A stretch of 63,962 nt of DNA, counting the filler, from Octopus bimaculoides (lineage: Eukaryota): NCBI RefSeq assembly GCF_001194135.2. It is 6 parts of 5 records of this genome, joined end to end, with 100 filler letters (N's around TTAATTAATTAA, not from the genome) between each part and the next. Parts side by side here need not be neighbours in the genome. Positions count along the whole stretch, not along the records: positions 1 to 18,460 come from NC_068984.1; positions 18,561 to 26,933 come from NW_026314150.1; 4 more parts are not named here. The stretch is one strand, 5' to 3'. A program made the position numbers and the translations under genes. Positions 11,912-22,479 of this stretch are shown in pieces. The notes below the pieces were generated by a model. That model was not told where the DNA came from. It saw only the letters and a program-made list of their open reading frames with translations, and searched no databases. The first letter of the stretch is position 1, and each line of letters opens with the position of its first letter.

Positions 11912-12210
11912 CCCATGGAAAACAAACCTCACCCAGCTATTCTGATTATATGTCTGTGCACACGTTTGAATGTGGTGTGTGCCAGAGGGTTTGCAAATCC
12001 AATGGGGGTCTTAAAAGACATGTTAGGATCCACAATGAGCAGAACTTACTTGCAGTTATTGGTAGTGCAAATCAGAGGTGCAATCTGTGTGGGTGTTTTT
12101 TCAAAACACTGTCTGGTTTAAAAAGCCACATCAGACGCCATGAAAGGGCTAAGGTGTAGGTGCAGGAGGTGGTCAAACTCTGTTTAAGGAGTAGACAACC
12201 ACCATATATA
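11912..12210 (+). mobile_element. LINE-type 3' end encoding two C2H2 zinc fingers (probable RTE-like element)
   Basis: FECGVCQRVCKSNGGLKRHVRIH and CNLCGCFFKTLSGLKSHIRRH, with stop at 12157-12159, then a short GGTCAAACTC...GAGTAGACAACCACC end and an (AT)n tail. There is no TGEKP linker. A host ZNF exon is not fully excluded. Confidence 0.65.
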
Positions 12211-12369
12211 TATATATATATGAAGTTTCCAGGATTCAAGAGAATCAGGTGCTTAAATAATAAAGCACCAAAATCAGGTTGGTGATAGCGTTATCATGTA
12301 CAAACAATATTTAAGGACAAATACATACTAAAGTAAGAACAAATTTGTACTCCGGTTACATACACTCAT

Positions 12370-12406
<37 letters not shown>

Positions 12407-12569
12407 TGTTCAACAACTTCCATACATTTTCCCTCTACCAAATCCACTCATAAGCCATAGGTCATCTCAGTGCTATTGTAGAAGACATTACCAGTGTCAC
12501 AATGTAGGACTGTACTCAAAACCATGTACTTACAAAGTGTGCTTCTTATGCCTTGTTTTCTTCTTTGTG

Positions 12570-13186
12570 TTTTATGTTTTATCTGTTTCAGTCACCACCT
12601 TGAATTTTTAGTCAAATGAATTGACCCCAATGCTTATTGTTTTTTTTTTTTAAGCCTGGTACTTATTCTATTGGCTTCTTATCTCAAAACCACTAAGTTA
12701 CAGGGTTGTAAACACACTAACACCAGTTGTCATGTGGTGATGAGGTAACAAACACAGACACACACACACACATAGATATATATACATATATATGTGATGG
12801 GCTTCTTTCAGTTTCTGTGTACCAAATCCACTCACAAGGCTTTGGTTGGCCTGAGGCTATAGTAGAAGACACTTGCCCAAGGTGCCACGCAGTAGGACTG
12901 AACCCAGAACCAAGTGGTCAGGAAGCAAGCTTCTTAGTTCTTTACTGCCCACAAGGGGCTAAACATAGAGGGGACAAACAAAGACAGACAAAGTGATTAA
13001 GTCGATTACATCGACCCCAGTGCGTAACTGGTACTTAATTTATCGACCCCGAAAGGATGAAAGGGAAAGTCGACCTCAGCAGAATTTCAACTCAGAACGT
13101 AACGGCAGACGAAATACCGCTAAGCCTTTCGCCCGCCGTGCTAATGTTTCTGCCAGTTCGCCGCCTTACCACACAGCCACTCCTGC
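12570..13186 (-). mobile_element. SINE family D, full length, interrupted by a family C copy
   Basis: 3' end at 12570 and head CCACACAGCCACTCCTGC at 13169-13186. Confidence 0.85.
12937..13165 (-). mobile_element. SINE family C nested in the head of a family D SINE
   Basis: The D head GCAAGCTTCTTA|CCACACAGCCACTCCTGC is split by a complete C copy. Confidence 0.88.
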
Positions 13187-13222
13187 ATCTATAATTAACT
13201 TTTCTACACTTTTTTCAATTAA

Positions 13223-13997
13223 CTCTTTTGATATGAACACACCTCTCACCACACCTGGTTCTATAATACAAACTTCATGTTTTAAAGGGATCTGAATTTA
13301 AGCCTTCCATTAAAATTTCATCTTAATTTATATTCCAAATACTATCTTAATAATGAGAAAGTTAATTTACTAAATTCTTCGTTTATTTTCAAAATTAATT
13401 GCAGCAAGGTATTGTATTTCAACAGAAATCATCATCATCATCATCGTTTAACGTCTGCTTTCCATGTTAGCATGGGTTGGACGATTTGACTGAAGACTGG
13501 TGAAACCAGATGGCTACACCAGGCTCCAATCTGATTTGGCAGAGTTTCTACAGCTGGATGTCCTTCCTAAAGCCAACCACTCAGAGAGTGTAGTGGGTGC
13601 TTTTAAGTGTCACCTGCACGAAGGCCAGTCGGGCGGTACTGGAAATGGCCACGTTCAAAATGGTGCATTTTATGTGCCACCCACACAAGAGCCAGTCCAG
13701 CGGCACTGGCAACGATCTCGCTCGAAAATCCCACGAAGGCCAGCCAGGCGGCACTGGCAACGGTCACACTCAAAATGGTGCATTTCATGTGTCGCCCGCA
13801 CATGAGCCAGTCCAGGGGCACTATAGTTACAAAAGGGTTAATGTGATCTAAATTAAGACCTTCAATCGAAATTTCATGTTAATTTATATTCCAAACACCA
13901 TCTTAATAATGACAAAATATTTTACTAAATTCTTCATCATTTTCAAAATTAATTAATAAAAAAAAAGCATTTCAACAGAAATACTGTAACAAAAGGG
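13223..13997. mobile_element. TTAA-flanked (piggyBac-like) MITE, interrupted and with a duplicated right half
   Basis: TTAA-CTCTTTTGAT left end (13219), right ends AAAAGGG-TTAA at 13831-13841 and 13991-14001. The internal 13290-13430 region is repeated at 13845-13980. Confidence 0.7.
13430..13822 (-). mobile_element. Family E copy with three subrepeats, inserted into a TTAA-flanked MITE
   Basis: CATCATCATCGTTTAACGTC tail at the left and repeated GGCACTGGCAACG units. The flanks rejoin as ...ATTTCAACAGAAAT|..GTTACAAAAGGGTTAA, matching the uninterrupted copy at 13970-14001. Confidence 0.8.
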
Positions 13998-15412
13998 TTA
14001 AGCGTTATTTCATTTTTAACTCTCTCTTAAGCTTCTTTTCTTTCTTTAAATCTTTTTCTTTTCCTCTTTTCTTTTCCTCTTTTCTTTTCCTCGTTTTTTT
14101 CTTTTAGTTTCTTTCATCTTGTTTTACTGTCATCTTTTCTCTTTCATTCTTCCTTGCTTTCTTTACTTTCTGTCTTCTTTCCTTTCCTTCCTTCCTTTCT
14201 TTCACTCCTACCACTTTTTTTTGGGGCGGGGGGGGCTTTGGCGATTTTTCCTCTTTCTTCTCTTTTTTTTTTTGTTTACCGTTTCTATTTTCACTTTCTC
14301 TTCTTTAAATCCTCATCCTTCTTCATTCCACCTTAATTTTTCTTCTTATTCTCTCACCATCAAAATATCATTCTCTGAAACATCATTTTTATCTCATAAA
14401 ATTCACAAGTACTGGAATTCACGCATTTTTTTTTTTTTTGCTTTTTAAAATAATTTTTCAACAACATTTCTGTTTTTTTTTTTCAGTCATCCTATATTTT
14501 AATTTATAATTTCTTCATGTTTTGTAAATTTTTCACTCAGTTTTGTTTTAATTTTCATAAATATATTTTTTTAATTTACTGATAGCTTTTATTTTGTGCT
14601 GTCATTCTTTTTCCTCACATTCTCCTCCTCCCTCTCTTCCTCGTCCTACTCTTACTCCTCCACCTCTTGTCAATGGTGTTTTTTTTTCCTCCTTCTCTCT
14701 CTTTTTATTTTTTATTTTGATTGTAAATATGCTTGTAAAATTTTGGAGCTAATTTATATTTAATTCCCCATTATTATTTGAGTTTAATAATCCGTTCCTT
14801 AAGAAAATAAATAAAACAAATTTATTTCAGAAACATTCCTCCCATCCCCCCTACCACACTCCACCATATCCCCACCAGACGAAAATTAATAAATAATACA
14901 TTAACTCTACAAAAATATAATTCTTTCTCATAATATTCATTTAAATCCCATCATTTTATTTTCATCCTTTCACTTTTTTTCCCAGATTTTTTCTTATTTT
15001 TTTTCCACCCCTGTATTCTTTCTTTCCTTTCTTCTACCTCTACTATTTTTGCTTTCTCTTCTTCTGTTTCTCTTTTCTTTCTTTCTCTCCTACCTTTACC
15101 ATTCCCATTCTAGTTTTTGCATCGCCTTTGTTTTTTACTTTCAATCTATCTATCTGTCTGTCTGTCTGTCTGCTTGTCTGTCTGTCTGTCTGTCTATCTA
15201 TCTCTCTATCTCTCTATCTATCTATATATTGTTTAATGTCCATGTTCCATGCAGCCATGGGTTGAACAATCATCAACATCATCCAAATGTATTAAAGGTT
15301 TACAAGTCAATATTGTGCTAGCAATTCAATGTTCTGATTATTTCAAATATGTAAATTGATCTATCTAATTTACAATTTAAAACTTAGTGGTTAATGAAGC
15401 AATGTGTTCATC

Positions 15413-15489
15413 AATAGTTGATGGGTTGGATTTAGTACTGATGAAAGGGCAATGACTCTTGAAATATGCATATACACCCATTATCTATT
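15413..15489 (+). ncRNA. Candidate type I hammerhead ribozyme motif
   Basis: CTGATGA (15438-15444), stem II AAGGG/CTCTT with a 6-nt loop, GAAA (15461-15464), short stem III region, UA triplet end at 15471-15472, stem I GTA/TAC, and distal pairing of 15413-15427 with 15476-15489. Confidence 0.55.
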
Positions 15490-15624
15490 TTGTTTATCTT
15501 CAATCGTTTACATAAACATTTTCACATACGAAACATCTTAACTTTCAATGCTAGCTCTGAATACTATAGAAAATCTGTAGAAAAACTCTTATAACAAAAA
15601 TTTGTATATATATATATATATCAT

Positions 15625-15785
15625 CATTATCATCTTTATTTAACATCCATTGTCCATGTTAGAATGGGGTGAATGATATAACCAGAGCTGGCAAGTTGGA
15701 TATGGTGAGGTTTCTACAGCTGGATGCTCTTGCTAATGCCAACCACTTTACAGAGTGAGCTGAATGCTTTTACATGGCACTGCAA
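15625..15785 (-). mobile_element. Degenerate family E tail
   Basis: TTTAACATCCATTGTCCATG...TTTCTACAGCTGGATGCTCTTGCTAATGCCAACCAC. Confidence 0.65.
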
Positions 15786-15814
15786 ATGTATATATATATA
15801 TATATATATATAAT

Positions 15815-16146
15815 ATGCTGAGACTCCCTTCAGTCATGACTGACCATGGGATACCTAGAAAGTTACCCTCCGGGGCACAAGTCCGGGCAAGGTTGTTTAT
15901 GGAAGACCAGCAGTCGCCCATGCATACTGGCCTCCCCTCTCCACACCACCTGTGTTATCCAAGGGAAAGGCATAGGCCAATACCGCTTGGCACCTGTGAT
16001 GGCGCAACTCATTTCTATAGCTGAGTGAACTGGAGCAACGTGAAATAAAGTGCCTTGCTCAAGAACACAACACGCAGCCCAGTCTGGGATTCGAACTCAC
16101 AACCTCATGATCGTAAGCTCGACGCTCTAACCACTGAGCCATGCGT
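15815..16146 (-). mobile_element. tRNA-derived SINE with CORE-like central domain (family B)
   Basis: Minus strand TGGCTCAGTGG...GAGTTCGAATCCC followed by GTGTTCTTGAGCAAGGCACTTTATTTCACGTTGCTCCAGTTCACTCAGC. Confidence 0.88.
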
Positions 16147-16533
16147 ATAGTATATATACAATATATATATATATATATATACATATATTTGTATGTACAT
16201 ATGTTTATATGTATACACACACACACATACATGATAGGCTTTCACCCAGTTTCAATTTTCCAAATTTTTATTTTCCAAAGGTTTATTCAGCCCGAGGCCA
16301 TAGTACTTGTCCAATGTATCTTGCAATGGGACTGAACCGAAACACCACATCATTGCAAACCAAGCTTCTTAACCGCATAGCTATGCCTGCATCCATCTAT
16401 CTAGATTTCTTTCTTTTTCCTCTCCAATCTCTTATTATTCCTTTCTCTTTCTTTCTCACATTTTTCTTTCTTTCTTTCTCTCCTACCTCATTTACACTTG
16501 CTTTCCTTTTTCTTCCTCTTTTATTTGGCCTTA

Positions 16534-16926
16534 GTGGAGGCGCAATGGCCTAGTGGTTAGGGCAGCGGACTCGCAGTCATAGGATCACGGTTTCGATTCC
16601 CAGACCGGGCGTTGTGAGTGTTTATTGAGCGAAAACACCTAAAAGCTCCACGAGGCTCTGGCAGGGGATGGTGGCAAACCCTGCTGTACTCTTTCACCAC
16701 AACTTTCTCTCACTCTTACTTCCTGTTTCTGTTGTGCCTGAAATTCAAAGGGGCCAGCCTTGTCACACTGTGTCACGCTGAATATCCCCGAGAATTATGT
16801 TAAGGGTACACGTGTCTGTGGAGTGCTCAGTCACTTGCACGTTAATTTCATGAGCAGGCTGTTCCGTTGATCGGATCAACTGGAACCCTCGACGTCGTAA
16901 GCGACGGAGTGCCAACAACAACAACA
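16534..16926 (+). mobile_element. Full-length tRNA-derived SINE (family A)
   Basis: A box TGGCCTAGTGG, B box GTTTCGATTCCC, (CAA)n tail, perfect 12-bp TSD TATTTGGCCTTA at 16522-16533 and 16927-16938. Confidence 0.95.
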
Positions 16927-17195
16927 TATTTGGCCTTATTTTGCTCTTCCTTCTTTTTCCTGTTTTCCTTTTCCATTTTCTTTCCTTCCTTCCTTCTACA
17001 TCTCCTCACCATCAATGAATAAATCTCAGAGCCATCATTTATTTCTCATAAAATTTCAATCCTAACATTATTTCATTACTTTTTTTATTCTCATTTTTTT
17101 TTACTTTCTACCTTTTCTCTGTTTGTTTCATTTTTTTCGTTCTTTTCCTTCCAACTCTTTTTTTCTATCTATCTTTTTATCTTCATTTCATTCTT

Positions 17196-17458
17196 ATGCC
17201 TTTTTTCTTTAGCTTTTCTTCTCTCTCTCTCTGTCTCTCTCTCTCTCTCTCTCTTTCCACTACTCTGTCTCTTTCTTATCCCTTCTCTCTCTTTTCCCTC
17301 TACTCTCTGTCTCTCTCTCTTCCCCTTCTCTCTCTCTCTCTTCTTCTCCTATTTTCTCTTATACTCTACTCTCTATCTCTTACCCTCTCTCTCTCTCTCT
17401 TTTACCCCTACTTTGTTTCTCTGATTTTTCCACTTCTCTCTTTCTTTCTCCTTTATCC

Positions 17459-17498
<40 letters not shown>

Positions 17499-17830
17499 CC
17501 CTTACTATCTCTCTTTTACTGTTTCTCCCTCTCTCTCTCATACCCATCTTTCTTTCTCTCTCTCTCTCTCTCTCTCTCTTCACCTTTTCTTCCCCTTTTT
17601 CTCTTACTCCTTCTCTCCATCTATCTTTCCCTTTCTCTCTTTCTCTCTTTCAATCTCTGTTTCCATCACTCCCCCCCTCCCTGCCTCCCTCTCTCCATCC
17701 CCCTCTCCTTTCTCTTCCCTTCTCTCTTTCTCTCTCTGCCTTTCCCTCATTCTGTCACTTTGATGTTTTTTCTTCTCTTTCACCTTTTTTTGTTTTCTCA
17801 ATTTATCGCAATTTATCTCCTCATTTCTTC
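17196..17830. repeat. Polypyrimidine (CT)-rich low-complexity tract
   Basis: Interrupted (CT)n runs, part of a T/C-rich zone that starts near 14030. Confidence 0.95.
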
Positions 17831-18354
17831 CTCTTTTCATCTTTCACCAAAAGCAGTGAATACAGCAAATATATAACTAACTAAATAAAGAAATAAAGAT
17901 ATAAATAAATAGATAAACATACAAAACAATTGCTTCAGTTCATTTCGATATTCGCTCCTAAAACAAATGGCAGATGGGGGTGGGTGGGCACAGAGAAACA
18001 GAATTAGTGGAGTACACAACTAACCATTTTACCGTTTCTAATTAGAAACTCATTATATTCTATATTCAAATCACTTAATTTCATTTTACTATACTATTTA
18101 TTGAAAGAAAAGTGAGAAGAGGCTATGAAATGGTAAAACTGGTGCCAGTCTCAAACTGAATTTCCTCAGCTATATAATTATGTCTCTTAACAATCTGCAT
18201 TGGAATACCATCAGGAATTGATTTTAGCTTTCATCATTCAGGGGTTGCTGAAAATAAAATACCAGGAAAATACTTGGGATAGATTTCATTTATTATATCT
18301 ATTATATTTCAAGATGCTCACATGGTTGTGTTTAGTATGTACATATATGTATGC

Positions 18355-18358
18355 ATAT

Positions 18359-18442
<84 letters not shown>

Positions 18443-18460
18443 ATATATATATATATATAT
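18355..18460. repeat. (TATC)n followed by (TA)n microsatellite
   Basis: About 20 TATC units followed by TA repeats. Confidence 0.97.
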
Positions 18461-18560
18461 NNNNNNNNNNNNNNNNNNNNNNNNNNNNNNNNNNNNNNNN
18501 NNNNTTAATTAATTAANNNNNNNNNNNNNNNNNNNNNNNNNNNNNNNNNNNNNNNNNNNN
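18461..18560. other. Artificial scaffold linker N44-TTAATTAATTAA-N44 (also at 26978, 49515, 59416, 62862)
   Basis: An identical 12-mer with stops in all six frames, embedded in N runs to make a 100-bp block. Confidence 0.95.
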
Positions 18561-18735
18561 CTTGGAGAGAGAAATGGTGGAAGGATTTGTCTGGTTTTTC
18601 GGGTGGTGAACCAGTGCAGCTACTGTGATAGTGGTGGTGGTTGTGGTAGTGGTGGTCGTCGTTGTAGCTGTGGTGATTGTGGTCGTTGTTGTGGTGTTTG
18701 TTGATGGTTGTGGCGGTGTGGTAGTGATGTTGGTT

Positions 18736-19081
18736 GCTGTTTTCTCTTCCTCGTCACTGGAATAATGTTTGCCTCTCAAACCCTCTTTCAAGGGACTGAA
18801 GAGATGATAGTCTGAAGGCGCTAAATTATTCCAGTGACGAGGGAGTGAAAACTGTAGGGAAGAAGTGGCTCAAAGAACAGTCAACAGAATTTTATGGTAC
18901 AAGGATACATGCTGTCATTTGAAAGTGGAACATTGCTATCAAGAAAAACGGTGACTGTGTTGAGTAGTAGGGATGTGATCCACAGAGGACCAGCTTCATT
19001 TTGATGTGTGATACATGTTCCTGTGTTGGTAATTATACCTGTTCTAAACAAAATGGCATTACTTCTTGACTCACCCTCGTA
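18736..19081 (+). mobile_element. Mariner (Tc1/mariner) 3' end with a 5' inverted segment
   Basis: The minus-strand part encodes LAPSDYHLFSPLKEGLRGKHYSSDEEEKTA. The plus part continues KKWLKEQST... to the TIR CATTACTTCTTGACTCACCCTCG followed by TA. Confidence 0.9.
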
Positions 19082-19435
19082 GTTTTCGGACATTTAGCTA
19101 GCGCTAATTTAATACGTTCTGAGTAATAAGGTTTTGAATTATTCTGGTTGTTGAAAAGAAATTGGGAATGTGTATCACATATTAAGTATGGACGCCAGAG
19201 AAATAGGTCTTGCGTAACACGTCATACAAAGGATATGCAAAGGGTTAAGCAGTTTCGTTTGAAGAGGCAGTTATAGTGTAAGATGGGTAAATAATTTTAT
19301 TGAAAACGTATCTTCATAACCAGCCTATTTATGACTTTGCTTGTCCGAAGCATTTTCAAACGTTTGTCTTGAACGTCCATGTTATTTTTCAGACTTTTAG
19401 TTAGCGCTTATGTCATCCGTTCTGAGTAATATTAC

Positions 19436-19525
19436 TTACTTATTTACTTGTTTCAGTCATATGACTGCGGCCATGCTGGAGCACCGCCTTTAGTCGAGCA
19501 AATCGACCCCAGGACTTATTCTTCT
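19436..19525 (-). mobile_element. SINE family D, short 3' fragment
   Basis: TACTTGTTTCAGTCATATGACTGCGGCCATGCTGGAGCACCGCCTTTAGTCGAGC. Further degenerate D pieces lie near 1950, 9050, 16215, 27225, 40400, 46080, 46860 and 48760. Confidence 0.85.
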
Positions 19526-19719
19526 TCTTTATAATATAGAAGCTTTCGTTTCATAACTCCTAAGTTATTCTAGTGATTGTAAAGAAACTGGGAATGTGCA
19601 TCATATACGAAGCATGGACGCCTGAGAAATAGGTCTTGTCTATCGATTGAGATGCACAAGGCAGGCAAAGGGTTAATCAACTTTGTTAGAAGGGACAGTT
19701 ATATTGTGACATATTCCGC

Positions 19720-19872
19720 CGAGTTATATTGTGTTCAAATTCCGCCGAGGTCTACTTTCCCTTTCATCCTTTCGGGGTCGATAAATTAAGCAGCAGTTGC
19801 GTACTGGGGTCGATCTAATCGACTGGTCCCCTTCCCAAAAATGTCGGGCCTTGTGTCTAGAGGAAAAAAGAA
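19720..19872 (+). mobile_element. SINE family C, 5'-truncated
   Basis: GTTCAAATTCCGCCGAGGTCTACTTTCCCTTTCATCCTTTCGGGGTCGATAAATTAAG. Confidence 0.85.
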
Positions 19873-19957
19873 TATGTTGTATTACTATCAACATGTTGTC
19901 TCATTTGATATTTGTTCCTGTTTATGTATTTGCTCCGTTGTGTGTGTGTGTGTGTGT

Positions 19958-20325
19958 ATTCTTTTACTTGTTTCAGTCACTTGACTGCAGCCATGCTGGA
20001 GCACCGCCATAAATGGTTTGTTTAGTCGTAGAAATCGCCTCCAAGACTTATTCTTTGTAAGCTTGGTACTTGTGTTATCGGTACTTTTTGACGAACCACT
20101 GAGTCACGGAGACGTAGACACACCAGCATCGGCTGACAAGCAAAAGCTGGGACAAACACACATACACACAAATATATACGTACATATGTATACGACGGGC
20201 TTCTTTCAGTTTCCGTCTACTAAATCCACTCGCAAGGCTTTGGTCGGTCCGAGGATGTAGTAGATGACACTTACCAACGGTTTCACGCAGTGGGACTGAA
20301 CCCGGAACCACGCAGCTATGCCTGC
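19958..20325 (-). mobile_element. SINE family D
   Basis: CTTTTACTTGTTTCAGTCACTTGACTGCAGCCATGCTGGAGCACCGCC...GGGACTGAACCCGGAACCA. Confidence 0.9.
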
Positions 20326-20483
20326 ACGCCTTACACGTACATACATATAAGCATGTGCACACATAGATATGCATACATGTGAATGTACACACATTCGAAG
20401 ACACACACACAAACATATAGGTAGATATTAACGTGCATTTCTATATATATATTGACGCCCTCCTACATGCTCAAATAAACGCA

Positions 20484-20567
<84 letters not shown>

Positions 20568-21390
20568 GGTAAATATAGGCTCTACAATTCATTTTTTTTT
20601 TCTTGCCCTGGCTCTTGCTCGTTTTACTAAACTTTTGGCAGGAAGGTGCCATTCTAGATTAAACACCAAATTACGAATACCGGAATAGATTCCACCGTTT
20701 AACCAACACCATCAACAAGAACTACTATTACCGCTGCTGCTGATGATGATGCTGCACTGCCCTCATCAAGAAGTCCATTAATGCTTGTCTATTATCAGCA
20801 AATTATTAATTCGTGATGGTGCGTGGAGGCGGAGCTGGTTGGTACGGTGGTGTTAGTGGTGGGGTGTAAGCAGTGGTAGAGGTGACGTGGGTGGGAGAAA
20901 CGAATTAGCATTCAGAAGACTAGNNNNNNNNNNNNNNNNNNNNNNNNNNNNNNNNNNNNNNNNNNNNNNNNNNNNNNNNNNNNNNNNNNNNNNNNNNNNN
21001 NNNNNNNNNNNNNNNNNNNNNNNNNNNNNNNNNNNNNNNNNNNNNNNNNNNNNNNNNNNNNNNNNNNNNNNNNNNNNNNNNNNNNNNNNNNNNNNNNNNN
21101 NNNNNNNNNNNNNNNNNNNNNNNNNNNNNNNNNNNNNNNNNNNNNNNNNNNNNNNNNNNNNNNNNNNNNNNNNNNNNNNNNNNNNNNNNNNNNNNNNNNN
21201 NNNNNNNNNNNNNNNNNNNNNNNNNNNNNNNNNNNNNNNNNNNNNNNNNNNNNNNNNNNNNNNNNNNNNNNNNNNNNNNNNNNNNNNNNNNNNNNNNNNN
21301 NNNNNNNNNNNNNNNNNNNNNNNNNNNNNNNNNNNNNNNNNNNNNNNNNNNNNNNNNNNNNNNNNNNNNNNNNNNNNNNNNNNNNNNNNN

Positions 21391-21572
21391 CCCACCTTCG
21401 CCTGCTGTGTTTATGTCCCCGTAGGTTAGCGGTTCGGCCAATAGAGACCGATAGAATAAGTACTAGAATTACAAAGAATATGTCCTGGTGGATGATTTCT
21501 GCGACAAAAAAACCCCTTTCAATCTGGTGCTCCAACATGGCCGCAGGCAAATGATTGAAACGTGTAAAAGAG
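21391..21572 (+). mobile_element. SINE family D, 3' half
   Basis: CCCCGTAGGTTAGCGGTTCGGC...GATAGAATAAGTACTAG...CCAACATGGCCGCAG. Confidence 0.8.
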
Positions 21573-21691
21573 TAACGTATAACTGTTTTTTTATATAGGA
21601 ACAAGGCGTGGAGTCTGTGCAAGGAGAGAAAGTTGAACTATGTAAAATGTTAGAGAAAGAAACCTGTTTCTTGCAATACATACATCTAAAG

Positions 21692-22063
21692 CAGGGGTTC
21701 TCAACTATTTTTTAATCTATGGACCCCTTTGATTACTTTTTTATTCTGGTGGACCCCAATAGCCATTCGATGTTTAAAAACTAGTCTTGTTGATAATTCT
21801 TTCAAAGTTCCTATTTTGTTTGTCACACATTAATCTGTGTAGGTTTAACTCTGTAAAACGTAGAGAAATAAATTATGCTGTTTCTTGTAATAAATAAATT
21901 TAAACATTTTCCATGGACCCTTAACGTACTACTGTAGACCTTTCATTTACTATTTTGTGTGCATGGACCCCTAGATTTGCGTGCATGGACCTCCAAATTT
22001 GCGTGCATGGACCTCCAAATTTGCGTGCGTGGACTCCCAAATTTGCGTGCGTGGACCCCCAAA
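21692..22063 (+). mobile_element. hAT MITE left portion ending in a 22-bp minisatellite
   Basis: CAGGGGTTCTCAAC end at 21692 and repeated GGACCCC motifs. No right TIR was found. Confidence 0.65.
21959..22063. repeat. 22-bp minisatellite, about 5 copies
   Basis: Unit GTGC(A/G)TGGACCTCCAAATTTGC starting at 21959, 21981, 22003, 22025 and 22047. Confidence 0.95.
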
Positions 22064-22479
22064 ATCTTTTATCAATCTACAGTGGTCATATGGACTTCGG
22101 TCGAGAGACGCTGTCGAAACTACAGGAAAGACACAGGCTGGGCTAGGAGATTCTAAAGGGTGTTTTTCTTAAGACAGTGCAGGAATTGACATGAAGTAGT
22201 TGCTGTGGTGCCGGTGAAGTAAAGGTGACGAGAAGTGTAGAAATTTGTAGGGTGGGGAATTGCCTGCAGGAAGGAAGGGAAGTAAAACACTTGTCAGCTC
22301 TGAGGAATACAAAAACAAGAAAAAGGAGGAGGAAGAACTGGTTGTCTAATGCAAGTCCCGAACACAAAAAAATTGTAACTCCTCTCATTGCACATACAAT
22401 AGGAAATAAATCCTTTGGTTAGGTAATTGATTTATTTGTTAATTTTTTTCCGAAACACTAGTCGTGGAAAGAGTTAGAA

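Noticed and set aside
13488-13512. CTGAAGA-CTGGT-GAAA, hammerhead-like order
   Set aside because: Only 5 nt between the core boxes, so no stem II can form, and it lies within a family E repeat.
18505-18516. TTAATTAATTAA recurring five times (18505, 26978, 49515, 59416, 62862), superficially like a regularly spaced motif or CRISPR-like repeat
   Set aside because: Always embedded in N runs making a 100-bp block, with stops in all six frames. This is an assembly linker, not biology.
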